A stretch of DNA of 58,039 nucleotides, from the IMG/VR virus record IMGVR_UViG_3300042923_000383, positions 1-58,039 of that record; one strand, 5' to 3'. The stretch comes from a virus (taxonomy: Duplodnaviria > Caudoviricetes). How positions within the stretch are numbered: the first letter of the stretch is position 1; every line of letters starts with the position of its first letter. A program made the translations under genes and the position numbers. The notes below the pieces were generated by a model, which saw nothing but the letters and a program-made list of their open reading frames with translations, was not told where the DNA came from and did no database searches. Below, piece after piece: positions 17,992 through 27,835 of this stretch.

Positions 17992-18988
17992 TGCTTGTTT
18001 CCTCCGCGTATTTTTCTATTATTGGTTTAAAGTACTTTTCTTCGGCTTTTTCGCGCGCTTTTATTGCATCATCAACAAAATCATGAAGACCTAAACTTTT
18101 CATTTTACCTTGAAACGTTATATACGCATACCATTTATTAGATTTATTACTCCAAGATACGCCTTTATGTCCGCTTGTATTATTTATCCTAAGATTGGCA
18201 TTTAGACTACTTATTTTTGTATCTTCAATAAGATCGCTTGTTACATTTTTTATACATTGTTTTTTATGTTCGCATCCACAACTTGTTGTGTCTCCACGCA
18301 ATAAGTTTATTGCAGTTGTTATAAAAACATTGCCACAGCCACAAATACAAATCCATTCCAAATTACTGCCTTTTTTAGTGCCATTCATTGCTATAGCGAT
18401 AGATTTGCCAAAAGTTTGTCCTGTTATATTTCTATGTTTTGCACCTCTATAATTACCTACTGGCATCATTTCTACAACTCTTTTTTGAGCTTCGATATAT
18501 AATTCCGTTATTCTTTGCCTGATTGCTATAGCATCCTCTTGCTTGTTGTAAAACCCTAAATAAATATTAGTTTTATTAACACTTATTTCTGCTCTGTAGC
18601 CATCTCCTTTAATGTTCTTATATACCCCTGCACATTCTTTGCCTTTATTAGCTTTCCCCACCCTTGACATACAGCTGCATGAGGTACGCCTAAAAAATAC
18701 ATGGTTATAAATAACTTCTTCTTTTCCACAAACGCATCTACTTAGTACATGGCTATCGTCAATTATTTTAATAGCTTTTTGGTATCCAGAAATTTGCCCA
18801 ATTTTTACACTGTACCTAAGTTGTTTAGGGGGCAGACCGTTTTTCCTCCTTTGAACGATTTCTTGGGTTTTTTTGTATTTTTCTTTTTTTCTGCACACTT
18901 CGCATCGCGTAGCGCTTCTTCCGCCGATGAAAGTTTCGCTACAATCAATACAAGTTTTTTCTTTTTTTATTGTCCGTTCATCCGTCAT
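17984..18988 (-). CDS. AP2-domain protein, homing-endonuclease-derived
   Basis: Two AP2 domains (YRAEISVNK..YLG; NNTSGHKGVSW..WYAYI..SLG) and two CxCG..SCxC modules. Confidence 0.8.
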   Translation of the reverse strand: MTDERTIKKEKTCIDCSETFIGGRSATRCEVCRKKEKYKKTQEIVQRRKNGLPPKQLRYSVKIGQISGYQKAIKIIDDSHVLSRCVCGKEEVIYNHVFFRRTSCSCMSRVGKANKGKECAGVYKNIKGDGYRAEISVNKTNIYLGFYNKQEDAIAIRQRITELYIEAQKRVVEMMPVGNYRGAKHRNITGQTFGKSIAIAMNGTKKGSNLEWICICGCGNVFITTAINLLRGDTTSCGCEHKKQCIKNVTSDLIEDTKISSLNANLRINNTSGHKGVSWSNKSNKWYAYITFQGKMKSLGLHDFVDDAIKAREKAEEKYFKPIIEKYAEETSND

Positions 18989-18989
18989 T

Positions 18990-19301
18990 TTACGATTTTA
19001 AACTCCTTAATAATTGGTTTAAGTATTTAATCTCGTCATCAAAATCACGCCCACTAGCTTCTTTTTGCAATTCAATTAATTTATCTTCCGATAATTCAGT
19101 GGATAATTCTTCGTTTTCCTCCATGATTGCCAAGAGTTCTTTCCACCATTCAAAAGTTTCTGTATCCATTACGTATTCTTGTAAATTCTCATCATAATTT
19201 AAATCGCCCATATTCCCGATAATATCATTGGCGCAGTCACAACCAGATTTTAAATCAACCATTCTTAATTCTTTTAATTCTCCAGTTACTAATACTTTCA
19301 T
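18990..19301 (-). CDS. acidic hypothetical protein
   Basis: AAGGAG SD, first gene after a strong promoter. Confidence 0.75.
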   Translation of the reverse strand: MKVLVTGELKELRMVDLKSGCDCANDIIGNMGDLNYDENLQEYVMDTETFEWWKELLAIMEENEELSTELSEDKLIELQKEASGRDFDDEIKYLNQLLRSLKS

Positions 19302-19366
19302 TTTATTTTCTCCTTATCAGCCGAAACCTTGTTGTTTCTGTCACTGTATCTCTTAACCTTGATTTA

Positions 19367-19395
19367 AGTATACCATAATCATTATTGATTTACAA
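19367..19395 (-). promoter_or_regulatory. sigma-A promoter of the reverse three-gene cassette
   Basis: TTGTAA-17-TATACT with extended TG. Confidence 0.7.
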
Positions 19396-19615
19396 CCCCC
19401 AAAATCAAAATAAATATATTAATTTAAATAAATATTTGGAGGTGATTTTGTGAGTAACGAATGTAAAAGATGTAATGGAACAGGGCTAGTGCAGATGGTA
19501 AACGCATTTGGGATACGGGCTAAAGGATTAGAGATATGCCCAGTTTGTAATGGCAAGAATGCGGATAAGATACCGACAGCTAAGTTGCCGGATATTAATA
19601 TAGGTAGGTGATAAC

Positions 19616-20269
19616 GTGAACAGAATAATCGCAATAGGTGACATTCATGGTGAGTATGAAGCGTTTATCAAATTACTTCATGATGTTAAATACGATTACA
19701 AGAATGATAAACTAATATTACTTGGCGACTATATAGATAGAGGGAAACAATCTAAAGAAGTCTTAGACAAGGTAATGAGTTTAGTAAGTAACGGTGCAAT
19801 TGCTTTGCTTGGCAATCACGAAGATATGATGATCGATTCCTTTATTAATGACAATTATCACTTGTGGCATAGCAACGGAGGGGATAAAACACATAAACAG
19901 TTAAACGATAAAATCGTATACAAGTATCTGCATTTTATTAAAAGTCTTCCGATTAGCTATGAATTGGACGGCTTTTTCTTTTGTCATGCCGGAGTTGATT
20001 TTAGCAAACCAATAAAGCAACAATCAAAAGACGATTTGCTTTGGATTAGAGATGAATACATATTCAATAAAAACACTACTGATAAGGTTGTTGTGTCAGG
20101 GCATACACCAGTACAGATGATTAAACAAGCATTAAGCATTAAACCAGAGTCGACACCGATATATGGTGAAGATAAGATATTCTTAGATACAGGTGTTGCT
20201 TATGGCGGTAGGTTGACAGCTATGGATGTGCTGACTAAACAATATTGGCAAGTGGAGATAAAGAGGTGA
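19616..20269 (+). CDS. Ser/Thr protein phosphatase-type metallophosphoesterase (lambda NinI-like)
   Basis: GDIHG, GDYIDRG, GNHE, HAG, GHTP, DTG. Confidence 0.92.
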   Translation: MNRIIAIGDIHGEYEAFIKLLHDVKYDYKNDKLILLGDYIDRGKQSKEVLDKVMSLVSNGAIALLGNHEDMMIDSFINDNYHLWHSNGGDKTHKQLNDKIVYKYLHFIKSLPISYELDGFFFCHAGVDFSKPIKQQSKDDLLWIRDEYIFNKNTTDKVVVSGHTPVQMIKQALSIKPESTPIYGEDKIFLDTGVAYGGRLTAMDVLTKQYWQVEIKR

Positions 20270-20273
20270 CAAC

Positions 20274-20522
20274 ATGGCATTGAAATGTAAGTGTGGAGGA
20301 GTCTTAAAAAGAATAGCAATTGATTGTTATCAGTGTGAAATATGTGGGATAAAACAAGCTATTGGCTTTCTAAGTATAGATAATAATCCAATAAATAAGC
20401 TTGAAAAAATAAAGCCTAACACAAACAATCAGTACGATGATTTTATTAAAGACATGAATAAGCGAATAACAGAGAACTTAATGATACGAGGTGATTTATT
20501 TGGCACTAGATATAGACAATAA
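20274..20522 (+). CDS. Zn-ribbon hypothetical protein
   Basis: GAGGTG SD; CKC..CEIC. Confidence 0.6.
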   Translation: MALKCKCGGVLKRIAIDCYQCEICGIKQAIGFLSIDNNPINKLEKIKPNTNNQYDDFIKDMNKRITENLMIRGDLFGTRYRQ

Positions 20523-21417
20523 AACCAAATCTAAACAATATTACAAAGCATACATTGACTACCAGATAGGTAACTATACATACGAGCAGTTAGCTAAAAA
20601 GTACAAAGTTAGTCCGGCAAGTGTGAATAGTTGGAGGACTAGATATTGGTCTAAATGGGATGCAATGCAAAACGAGCAAACAGACAATGCGACAATGCAA
20701 AACACTGGCGATATAATGCAAGGCAATGCGGATGTTACGCAAGAGCATGGCGTTAGGCTAGATATATCAAGGACTAAAGAGATGTATGTACCTATCGTTA
20801 CTAAGCAGATCAATGATACTAATCCAGCATTGGTATATGAGAGTTATAGCCGTGATAATCTACCAGAGATAAGTGATAGAGAAGCACGGTTTGTTGAAGA
20901 GTTCTTAATAGACTTAAACAAGCAGGATGCAGCTATTAGAGCAGGCTATAGTGTACAGAGCGCAGCAAGTCTTGGCAGTAGGTTATATGATAGACCAGAT
21001 GTTAACGCTCACATACAAGTTGCACTGGCAGAGAGACGCAAGAGAAGCGGTATAAATGCTGATACAACACTAAGAGAACTAGGTAGAATTGCATTAGCTA
21101 ATCCTGCTCGTATAGTGGGAAAAGATGGAAGTATATTAGAGAGTGCGAGTGATGATGACCTCGCGGCAATCCAATCAATTAAAGTAAAAGTAACGCCATG
21201 TAAGGGCGGTGGAGAGATAACTGAGCGCGAAGTAAAGTTCCACGATAAGACCAAAGCCATTGAACTATACATGAAAGCAAGTGGAATGTTAGTTGATAAG
21301 AAAGAGATTAACATCACGAACAAGGTTGAACTAATGTCAGATGAAGATAGACGTAACCGCATAAAGCAGCTACAAGAAGAAATGGAAATTGATGCCAGCT
21401 ATACGGAGATTGATTAG
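20500..21417 (+). CDS. terS: terminase small subunit with N-terminal HTH
   Basis: LAKKYKVS..V.SWR.RY.W HTH; RFVEEFLIDLN...AAIRAGYS; EVKFHDKTKAIEL. Confidence 0.9.
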   Translation: MALDIDNKTKSKQYYKAYIDYQIGNYTYEQLAKKYKVSPASVNSWRTRYWSKWDAMQNEQTDNATMQNTGDIMQGNADVTQEHGVRLDISRTKEMYVPIVTKQINDTNPALVYESYSRDNLPEISDREARFVEEFLIDLNKQDAAIRAGYSVQSAASLGSRLYDRPDVNAHIQVALAERRKRSGINADTTLRELGRIALANPARIVGKDGSILESASDDDLAAIQSIKVKVTPCKGGGEITEREVKFHDKTKAIELYMKASGMLVDKKEINITNKVELMSDEDRRNRIKQLQEEMEIDASYTEID

Positions 21418-21804
21418 TTAGTTTTGTACACTAGTAATGGACTATTGCTGCATTGTTAGTAGTACATGCCAACAACCGTTGATATTACTGTATTTATCTA
21501 GTTAACTTTTATGTAATAGTTAATCTAAAGCATAGATGTAGTGATATTATTGCCATATGCTTACATATACGCCCCGTCATAAATTGTGAGAGATTGCAAT
21601 GCGTTGCGTGCTTCTTTACGATCTGAGTAACTACAAAAACTACTCACGCACAAAACTTTTTCAATCTGATAAACTTTTATAGTAATTCTTTCGTTTTTGT
21701 CGCCGCTTGTCACAGACATACTAAACCAAGTTTTCTATATATAAATAAAATTTTCAAAAAATATACACGTGTGAAGAAATTTTAGAACAAAAGGAAGTTA
21801 ATAA

Positions 21805-21957
21805 ATGTTTGATTCATTATCATTAATATATATTATCATTGCTGTTGTTTGGTATTTTTCTTTAAAAATAAGCTACTATTTTGGCAAGGCAAAAGGATAT
21901 AAAGATGGTCATTTTGATGGTACTAGGAATTATTACGATTTTAATCATGATGAATAA
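21805..21957 (+). CDS. small membrane protein (50 aa, not in ORF track)
   Basis: AAGGA SD; TM helix followed by GYKDG. Confidence 0.55.
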   Translation: MFDSLSLIYIIIAVVWYFSLKISYYFGKAKGYKDGHFDGTRNYYDFNHDE

Positions 21958-22068
21958 CCACCGTCATTTACTTAAATTCCACAAACTTTTCTCAAAAACA
22001 ACATTCAAAATTTTATTTTTAAAAATTACTACGCATGAAGCGAATTTACAAATAAAGGAATGATTAAT

Positions 22069-22386
22069 ATGTCAGATAACAAAATCAATTATTATTCATT
22101 TAAATATGAAGATAAGGATAGCCTATTTACGTATGTGATAGTAACTTTAGAAAAAGATATATTATACTTTGACCTATTTAAGCATAAAGGAGACAAGCAG
22201 TTGTCAAAAACATTAAAGTTTAACTACGAATATTTTAAGCATAAATTTAAAAATGGTTACTGCCAACATTGCATGTTTAAATTCGGTGAGATTTTACCGC
22301 AAAGTATAAAAGAATGCTATGTGGGTGGTAATGTTTATCCTGTACGTGTTTACAAGACATGCCCTCACAATCATGTTATTGGATAA
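22069..22386 (+). CDS. hypothetical protein
   Basis: AAGGA SD. Confidence 0.55.
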   Translation: MSDNKINYYSFKYEDKDSLFTYVIVTLEKDILYFDLFKHKGDKQLSKTLKFNYEYFKHKFKNGYCQHCMFKFGEILPQSIKECYVGGNVYPVRVYKTCPHNHVIG

Positions 22387-22696
22387 GGGGTGATTTATTT
22401 GTCTAGTGAAAAATGGATTAAATGCGAAATATGCCAAGATGAAGATATGGAAGAAAACATGTTTAAGTGTGAGGTTTGCGGTAGAATAATTTGTGATTGC
22501 TGCTATTTCAGTACTGGTGAATGCAAAGACTGCTTCAATAAGAGATGGGAAAACATTAATTAGAGCGATAGCGAAAGATAGAACTTAGGTATTAAGAAAG
22601 CGTTTACAAGGGAAAATACTTACGAAACCATACGGTATATGGTTTGATTGATGTTTTTACACTCCCTGATAATCAGGGAGACTATTGAGGTCGAAA

Positions 22697-23197
22697 ATGG
22701 ATAAAAATTTATTAGCTTTTTTAAATAAAGAGATAAATGTTATTAAAACAGAGGTGATTATATCAAGAGAACCAACAAATAAAGGAACTGAGTTAATTCA
22801 CTTCTCTGTCGGAGAAAAAGAACTATATCAAGTCTGGAAAAACTCCAATGATAATAACGTTAAACCTAAAAGTACAGGAGGTAAAAAGCCTTACATAATG
22901 CTTATGGTACAAGAAGTAATTAAACTAAAGAAAACTAGTATTGAAAATATCGAAGAAGTTATTGGTTTTCTTGTACTGTTAGCTGAAAATATAGAATGGA
23001 ATACAGGAAAGTTAATCAATAAGCGCAGTAAAAAGCCGCTTAAATATGTTGATTTACAAAAAACATATAGTGGTAGCAAATATAAGTTTGAAAAGACAAT
23101 GAAAATACTGAAAAACAACGACCTTCTGACACATACGCCGGAAGGTTATTTTATTTCCAGCAAACTGATTAAAAAAGGGAAAATGAGCAAGGAGTGA
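22697..23197 (+). CDS. winged-helix protein (RepL/MarR-like)
   Basis: Basic C-terminal wHTH-like segment ending YFISSKLIKKG; GAGG SD. Confidence 0.5.
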   Translation: MDKNLLAFLNKEINVIKTEVIISREPTNKGTELIHFSVGEKELYQVWKNSNDNNVKPKSTGGKKPYIMLMVQEVIKLKKTSIENIEEVIGFLVLLAENIEWNTGKLINKRSKKPLKYVDLQKTYSGSKYKFEKTMKILKNNDLLTHTPEGYFISSKLIKKGKMSKE

Positions 23198-23353
23198 TAT
23201 TTATGTTTGATTTAATAAATGCGATATGTTCTGTTATTGTTGCGTTTTGTGCTTTTAACGTCAATACAGACCGTGCGATTGTTTGTTTGCTTGTTATGAT
23301 TTTAGCTACATTGTTACGGATAAATTTAAAAATTAAAGATAAGGAATGATACC

Positions 23354-23608
23354 ATGCCTAAATTTGCAATTTATCCACCACTGGAAACTGGGTATTTTAT
23401 TTTAAGTGCAAAATCAAGAGAAGATGCTGTCAAGGTAGTCATGTATGATTATGACTATAATTATTTTCAAATCCAAGAAGTAACCCCTAATATGGTTCCG
23501 TTAAACGAAAAGCATTTCGATAATGGCACAATGTATACAGAACAACAGGACGGAACTTATAAAGAGTTATGCACAATATCTGGTTGCGTTATTACATTTA
23601 AAAATTAA
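23354..23608 (+). CDS. hypothetical protein
   Basis: AAGGA SD. Confidence 0.6.
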   Translation: MPKFAIYPPLETGYFILSAKSREDAVKVVMYDYDYNYFQIQEVTPNMVPLNEKHFDNGTMYTEQQDGTYKELCTISGCVITFKN

Positions 23609-23619
23609 GGAGTGATACT

Positions 23620-23901
23620 ATGATTAATTTTGACAACGGCTGTTTTTGTACAGTAGATGCCGATGGAAAACAAACAAAAATCGGAATTGCTAACGATATA
23701 AAAATTAGTGATAATGTTATTGGTTCTGATAATGGCAAACGTCCGATACTCACTAAAAAAGTTCGTGGAACGTTTAAGAATGTAAAAGTTAACAACGATT
23801 TTTTCTTATGGCTACAAATTGAGCATAGCCGTATGCTTAGACATATGTACGAGTTTATGGAATCGGTAAAAGCACTGAGGAAAGGGAGTTATCAATCATG
23901 A
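23620..23901 (+). CDS. hypothetical protein
   Basis: AAGGAG SD. Confidence 0.6.
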   Translation: MINFDNGCFCTVDADGKQTKIGIANDIKISDNVIGSDNGKRPILTKKVRGTFKNVKVNNDFFLWLQIEHSRMLRHMYEFMESVKALRKGSYQS

Positions 23902-24167
23902 TTAAAAAGACAATGTTCGCAGCTTCACCACTTGGCAAGGAAAAAGATTTTTGCGAAGCTATTGCTAAAGATATAGACGAAATTAAAAATGCAGGTTTAG
24001 AAGTAGAAATACACTATCAAGCAAGCACAGCAGGTTATTCAGCGATAATACTTGGTAAAGAAAAAATTGAACGCATACTAAATACCGCAAATAAAATAAC
24101 TGATTCGTGGATAAAAACGGCATTAGAGAATAAAAACTCAGGAGGTAAGGGAGCTATAGACGAATAA
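23898..24167 (+). CDS. hypothetical protein
   Basis: ATGA overlap, GGGAG SD. Confidence 0.6.
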   Translation: MIKKTMFAASPLGKEKDFCEAIAKDIDEIKNAGLEVEIHYQASTAGYSAIILGKEKIERILNTANKITDSWIKTALENKNSGGKGAIDE

Positions 24168-24709
24168 TGATCTATTCATACACCGAAACCGAGCTAAAAA
24201 CACTACTAAAATCTCTTACTATCATCGTAGATACACGTGAGCAAGCCAATAATCACGTAATTGACTACTTTACCAAGAAGAAAATACCATACATAACAAA
24301 AAAATTAGATTACGGTGACTACTGTTGCTATATTGGAGCTAATCCAGAGTTGGGAATAATGAGAGATATGTATTTTACCGATACTGTCGTAATTGAAAGG
24401 AAAAATTCTCTAACAGAGCTATCAAACAACCTATCGAATGACCGTGAACGCTTTGTTAACGAGCTAATCCGCAAAGGAAATACAAAACTATTCTTAATGA
24501 TCGAAAACACGCCAAACGGATACGGAGACATTCTGACACATAATTACCGTAGCCAGTACAATGAAAAATCTTTTATTGGCACATTAAAAAGTATGGAATC
24601 ACAATACGATATACATATTAACTTTTTGTCGGACAATGAATTGTCTGGCTTTTTTATTTGGTCAACTTTATATTATGGAATTCGCAACTACTTGTTAGGG
24701 AGAGGATGA
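24167..24709 (+). CDS. ERCC4-domain nuclease
   Basis: IIVDTREQ, LDYGDY, IERKNS..EL. Confidence 0.9.
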   Translation: MIYSYTETELKTLLKSLTIIVDTREQANNHVIDYFTKKKIPYITKKLDYGDYCCYIGANPELGIMRDMYFTDTVVIERKNSLTELSNNLSNDRERFVNELIRKGNTKLFLMIENTPNGYGDILTHNYRSQYNEKSFIGTLKSMESQYDIHINFLSDNELSGFFIWSTLYYGIRNYLLGRG

Positions 24710-24878
24710 ACTATGAAAAATCTTATTAATTGGGTTGTTAAAATAGTAGCAATTCTTGTTGTGTTATACGCAATTGACGTTTGGGCGTATATATTTAACA
24801 ACCAACCGCCTACGTTCGGAGAATCAGCTATAATAATTTTACTTTTACAACTTATTTTGGATAAAAAGGAGTGACAAC

Positions 24879-25964
24879 ATGGACTGGAAACAACTAGTAC
24901 TATCAAAACATGAAGTTATCGGCAACAAATGGGAGAAAATTTCATCTGAAATAGAAAAAGAAACAGGCGAGATTGTTAAACCATCCGCAATAAGGGGATT
25001 TATCAGAAATGAAAAAATGAAAGCAACTAAACCTGTCATAGAATCAAGTGATTTGCTTAAATTACTGGACAAGCCCCATGCAATAGACGAGTTGGTCAAT
25101 AAAAGCGGATTGAGCAAACGCATTATATTGGCTCAGATTGAAGATTACAAAGATGCAGGATACAACATAGAAGAAATTGACGGTACATATCAATTATCTA
25201 AATATATTGTGCCAAAAGACAATGAATATTCTGCTGATTGGAACGGAAATAAAATTATAAAGTTTGGCGTCGTGTCAGATACGCATTTATGCTCAAACGA
25301 TCAACAGTTAACGCATTTAAACTCATTCTATGACTTGCTTGTAAAAGAAGGTATTAGCGAATGCTACCATGCTGGAGATATTAGCGAAGGTGTTAACATG
25401 CGACAAGGACACCAATACGAGGTTTTTAAACAGGGGGTAGATCAACAGGCTAGATACATTATAGAAAATTATCCTGAAAGAGCAGAAATAAAAACATATT
25501 ATATTACTGGGAACCATGACCATAGTGGAATTAAATCCGCAGGGGTAGATATTGGGCGGATGATAAACAATGAAAGAGAAGATCTGATTTATCTAGGTAA
25601 ACAATCAGCACGTGTAATGCTTACGCCTAATTGTTCAATGGATTTAGTGCATCCTCTCGATGGAGCGTCATACGCAATTTCATATTCAACACAGAAATAC
25701 ATAGATTCTTTAAGTGGTGGCAGTAAAAGTTCAATTTTAATAATCGGACATCATCATAAATCGTTTATGCTACCTGTTTATCGTAATATTGCAGCATTTG
25801 AAGCAGGTACATTCCAAAAACAGACTAAATGGATGCAAGGGAAAAGGTTGGCCGCTAACGTGGGCGGGTGGATTTTAGAGGTTGAAGTTGATTCAGAAGG
25901 AACTATTAAACGCTGTAAGGGCGAATTTATTCCATATTACAAATTTATAGAGAACGATTATTAA
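24879..25964 (+). CDS. calcineurin-like metallophosphoesterase with N-terminal HTH
   Basis: SDTH, HAGD, TGNHD, H, GHHH motifs. Confidence 0.88.
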   Translation: MDWKQLVLSKHEVIGNKWEKISSEIEKETGEIVKPSAIRGFIRNEKMKATKPVIESSDLLKLLDKPHAIDELVNKSGLSKRIILAQIEDYKDAGYNIEEIDGTYQLSKYIVPKDNEYSADWNGNKIIKFGVVSDTHLCSNDQQLTHLNSFYDLLVKEGISECYHAGDISEGVNMRQGHQYEVFKQGVDQQARYIIENYPERAEIKTYYITGNHDHSGIKSAGVDIGRMINNEREDLIYLGKQSARVMLTPNCSMDLVHPLDGASYAISYSTQKYIDSLSGGSKSSILIIGHHHKSFMLPVYRNIAAFEAGTFQKQTKWMQGKRLAANVGGWILEVEVDSEGTIKRCKGEFIPYYKFIENDY

Positions 25965-25975
25965 GGCGGTGTAGC

Positions 25976-26347
25976 ATGAAGCATAAAGTAATTTGTGTAG
26001 ATTTCGACAACACTATAGCAAAAGTGACCAATTACCCTATAGTTGATGGATTGATACAAGAATCAAAAGAAATATTAACAAAATACCACGCTAAAGGTGG
26101 TCAAATAGTGATTTGGACATGCCGTACTGGAATTCACCTTCAAGATGCGGTTATTTTTTTGCGTGAAAATAATATACCTTTTGATTCGGTAAACAGATAT
26201 TTACCTTGGCAAATTGAAGAATATAGAAATTCATTTCCAGACGTAGAACCAGACGGACGTAAAATATGTGCTGATATGTACATTGATGATAAAAACCCCG
26301 GCGGAATTGATTGGAATCTAATTAAAAATTTATTGGAGGTTGAATAA
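25976..26347 (+). CDS. small HAD-family phosphatase
   Basis: VDFDNT, WTCR, K..ADMYIDDK. Confidence 0.85.
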   Translation: MKHKVICVDFDNTIAKVTNYPIVDGLIQESKEILTKYHAKGGQIVIWTCRTGIHLQDAVIFLRENNIPFDSVNRYLPWQIEEYRNSFPDVEPDGRKICADMYIDDKNPGGIDWNLIKNLLEVE

Positions 26348-26348
26348 C

Positions 26349-26672
26349 GTGGAAGAAATAAAGGGAGTATCGCCAGAAGCCGAAATAATTACTAATGAAA
26401 ACGGTGGTATGCAATCAAAGACTGAATATGCTTTTCACTTATGCGACCCAATGGCACTTTTAAAACTTGCCGAAGTAATGCAAATAGGAGCAGATAGATA
26501 CGAAAGAGATAATTGGAAAAAGATCGATGCTGAAAGTCATTGGAATCACCTAATAATTCATTTGATGGCATGGAAAACTGGAGATAAACAGGACGATCAT
26601 TTAGGACATGCAATGGCAAGAATGATGATGCTGTTTACTATGGCTAACGAAGAAGAAAATAAAAATAAATAA
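26349..26672 (+). CDS. dATP/dGTP diphosphohydrolase-like (DUF5664) protein
   Basis: LAEVM..GA.RY..DNWK..H..AW.......HLGHA. Confidence 0.75.
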   Translation: MEEIKGVSPEAEIITNENGGMQSKTEYAFHLCDPMALLKLAEVMQIGADRYERDNWKKIDAESHWNHLIIHLMAWKTGDKQDDHLGHAMARMMMLFTMANEEENKNK

Positions 26673-26752
26673 ATTTTTAAAACTACTTGATTTTACTAGA
26701 TTCTTCTGTTAACATTACAGTATAAAAGTTAATCTAAAAAGGAATGGTAAAT

Positions 26753-27328
26753 ATGAATCCAAAAGGTAATGTCGCTACAGCAAATGCAATAAAAGATATC
26801 AACAAACTTAACGACATGAAAGATTGGCTACTCAAGCATAATGAGCGAGATTATCTTTTATTTGTACTTGGTATCAATAGCGGATTACGGATAACTGACC
26901 TGCTTAAATTAACGGTTGAAGATGTCAAAGACGGTTCAGTAATAATCAGGGAGCAGAAAACACATAAGACGAAACAGTTTGCATTGTCGGATACTTGTAT
27001 AAGGGCTATTAATCAATATTTAGAAAACACAGGAATAAAGACAGGTACACTTTTCCCTAGTGCCAGCTGCAGAACAAGGGGAAAGCCGATCACAAGAGAG
27101 TATGCGTGGTCAATATTTAAAAAGGCTGCTAATTATGTTGGTATTACTGAAAACATTGGTACTCACTCTATGAGAAAAAGCTTCGCATATTGGGCATTAA
27201 GGAATGGCGTAGACATAGCTTTTATCATGGAGGCATTAAACCATTCAGACCTAGTTCACACAAAGCGATATATTGGCATCACTGCTGACGAATTAAACAA
27301 CGTTCTGTATAAGAATATGAATCTATAG
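26753..27328 (+). CDS. tyrosine recombinase (catalytic domain only)
   Basis: GLRITD, K, HSMRK, LNHS, T.RY catalytic residues. Confidence 0.92.
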   Translation: MNPKGNVATANAIKDINKLNDMKDWLLKHNERDYLLFVLGINSGLRITDLLKLTVEDVKDGSVIIREQKTHKTKQFALSDTCIRAINQYLENTGIKTGTLFPSASCRTRGKPITREYAWSIFKKAANYVGITENIGTHSMRKSFAYWALRNGVDIAFIMEALNHSDLVHTKRYIGITADELNNVLYKNMNL

Positions 27329-27535
27329 GGAGTTGATTACCATGGTATTAATACTAGCTATAATCCTACTGGTAATACTAAACATGTTAGGTGTTAAAGA
27401 TGCGCCACATAGAGGGGCTAGATCGGGACAATTGAGAGCTAGAGGTTCTTTAAGAAAAATCACAGGTAATCGGAAGATGTGGCGATAAAATAAAAAAGAG
27501 AGCGAAATTAATCGCCCTCCCAAAATACAAATATT

Positions 27536-27805
27536 TTATTTTAATGCAGCTTGCAAAACTAACTTTATACCAGCGGCAAAACCATCATTAAATCCTCTTT
27601 GTTCGAAAAACGCAGCCATTTTATTAGCAGCTATATCAAGATCAGCCACAATATTCTTGTCGTGTGATGTTTCTTTTAACTTCTCAAATAAATCATAAGT
27701 AGTTTGTACACTATCCGAGACGATTTCGTCAATAGTCGCATCTTCTTTCGCCGGTTGAAAATCAACCAAGTTTTCTGTTATTGATTCTAATAAATTTCTA
27801 GCCAT
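27536..27805 (-). CDS. hypothetical protein
   Basis: GGGAG SD; GF.DGF..G motif, typical downstream of antirepressors. Confidence 0.65.
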   Translation of the reverse strand: MARNLLESITENLVDFQPAKEDATIDEIVSDSVQTTYDLFEKLKETSHDKNIVADLDIAANKMAAFFEQRGFNDGFAAGIKLVLQAALK

Positions 27806-27835
27806 TATAAAATCTCTCCCTTAAATTTATATTAA

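Noticed and set aside
21881-22063. 60-aa ORF from the track
   Set aside because: Overlaps the better-supported 21805-21957 ORF in another frame and lacks an SD.
26753-27328. Prophage integrase marking an att boundary
   Set aside because: Lacks N-terminal domains and has phage genes on both sides; no att duplication seen.
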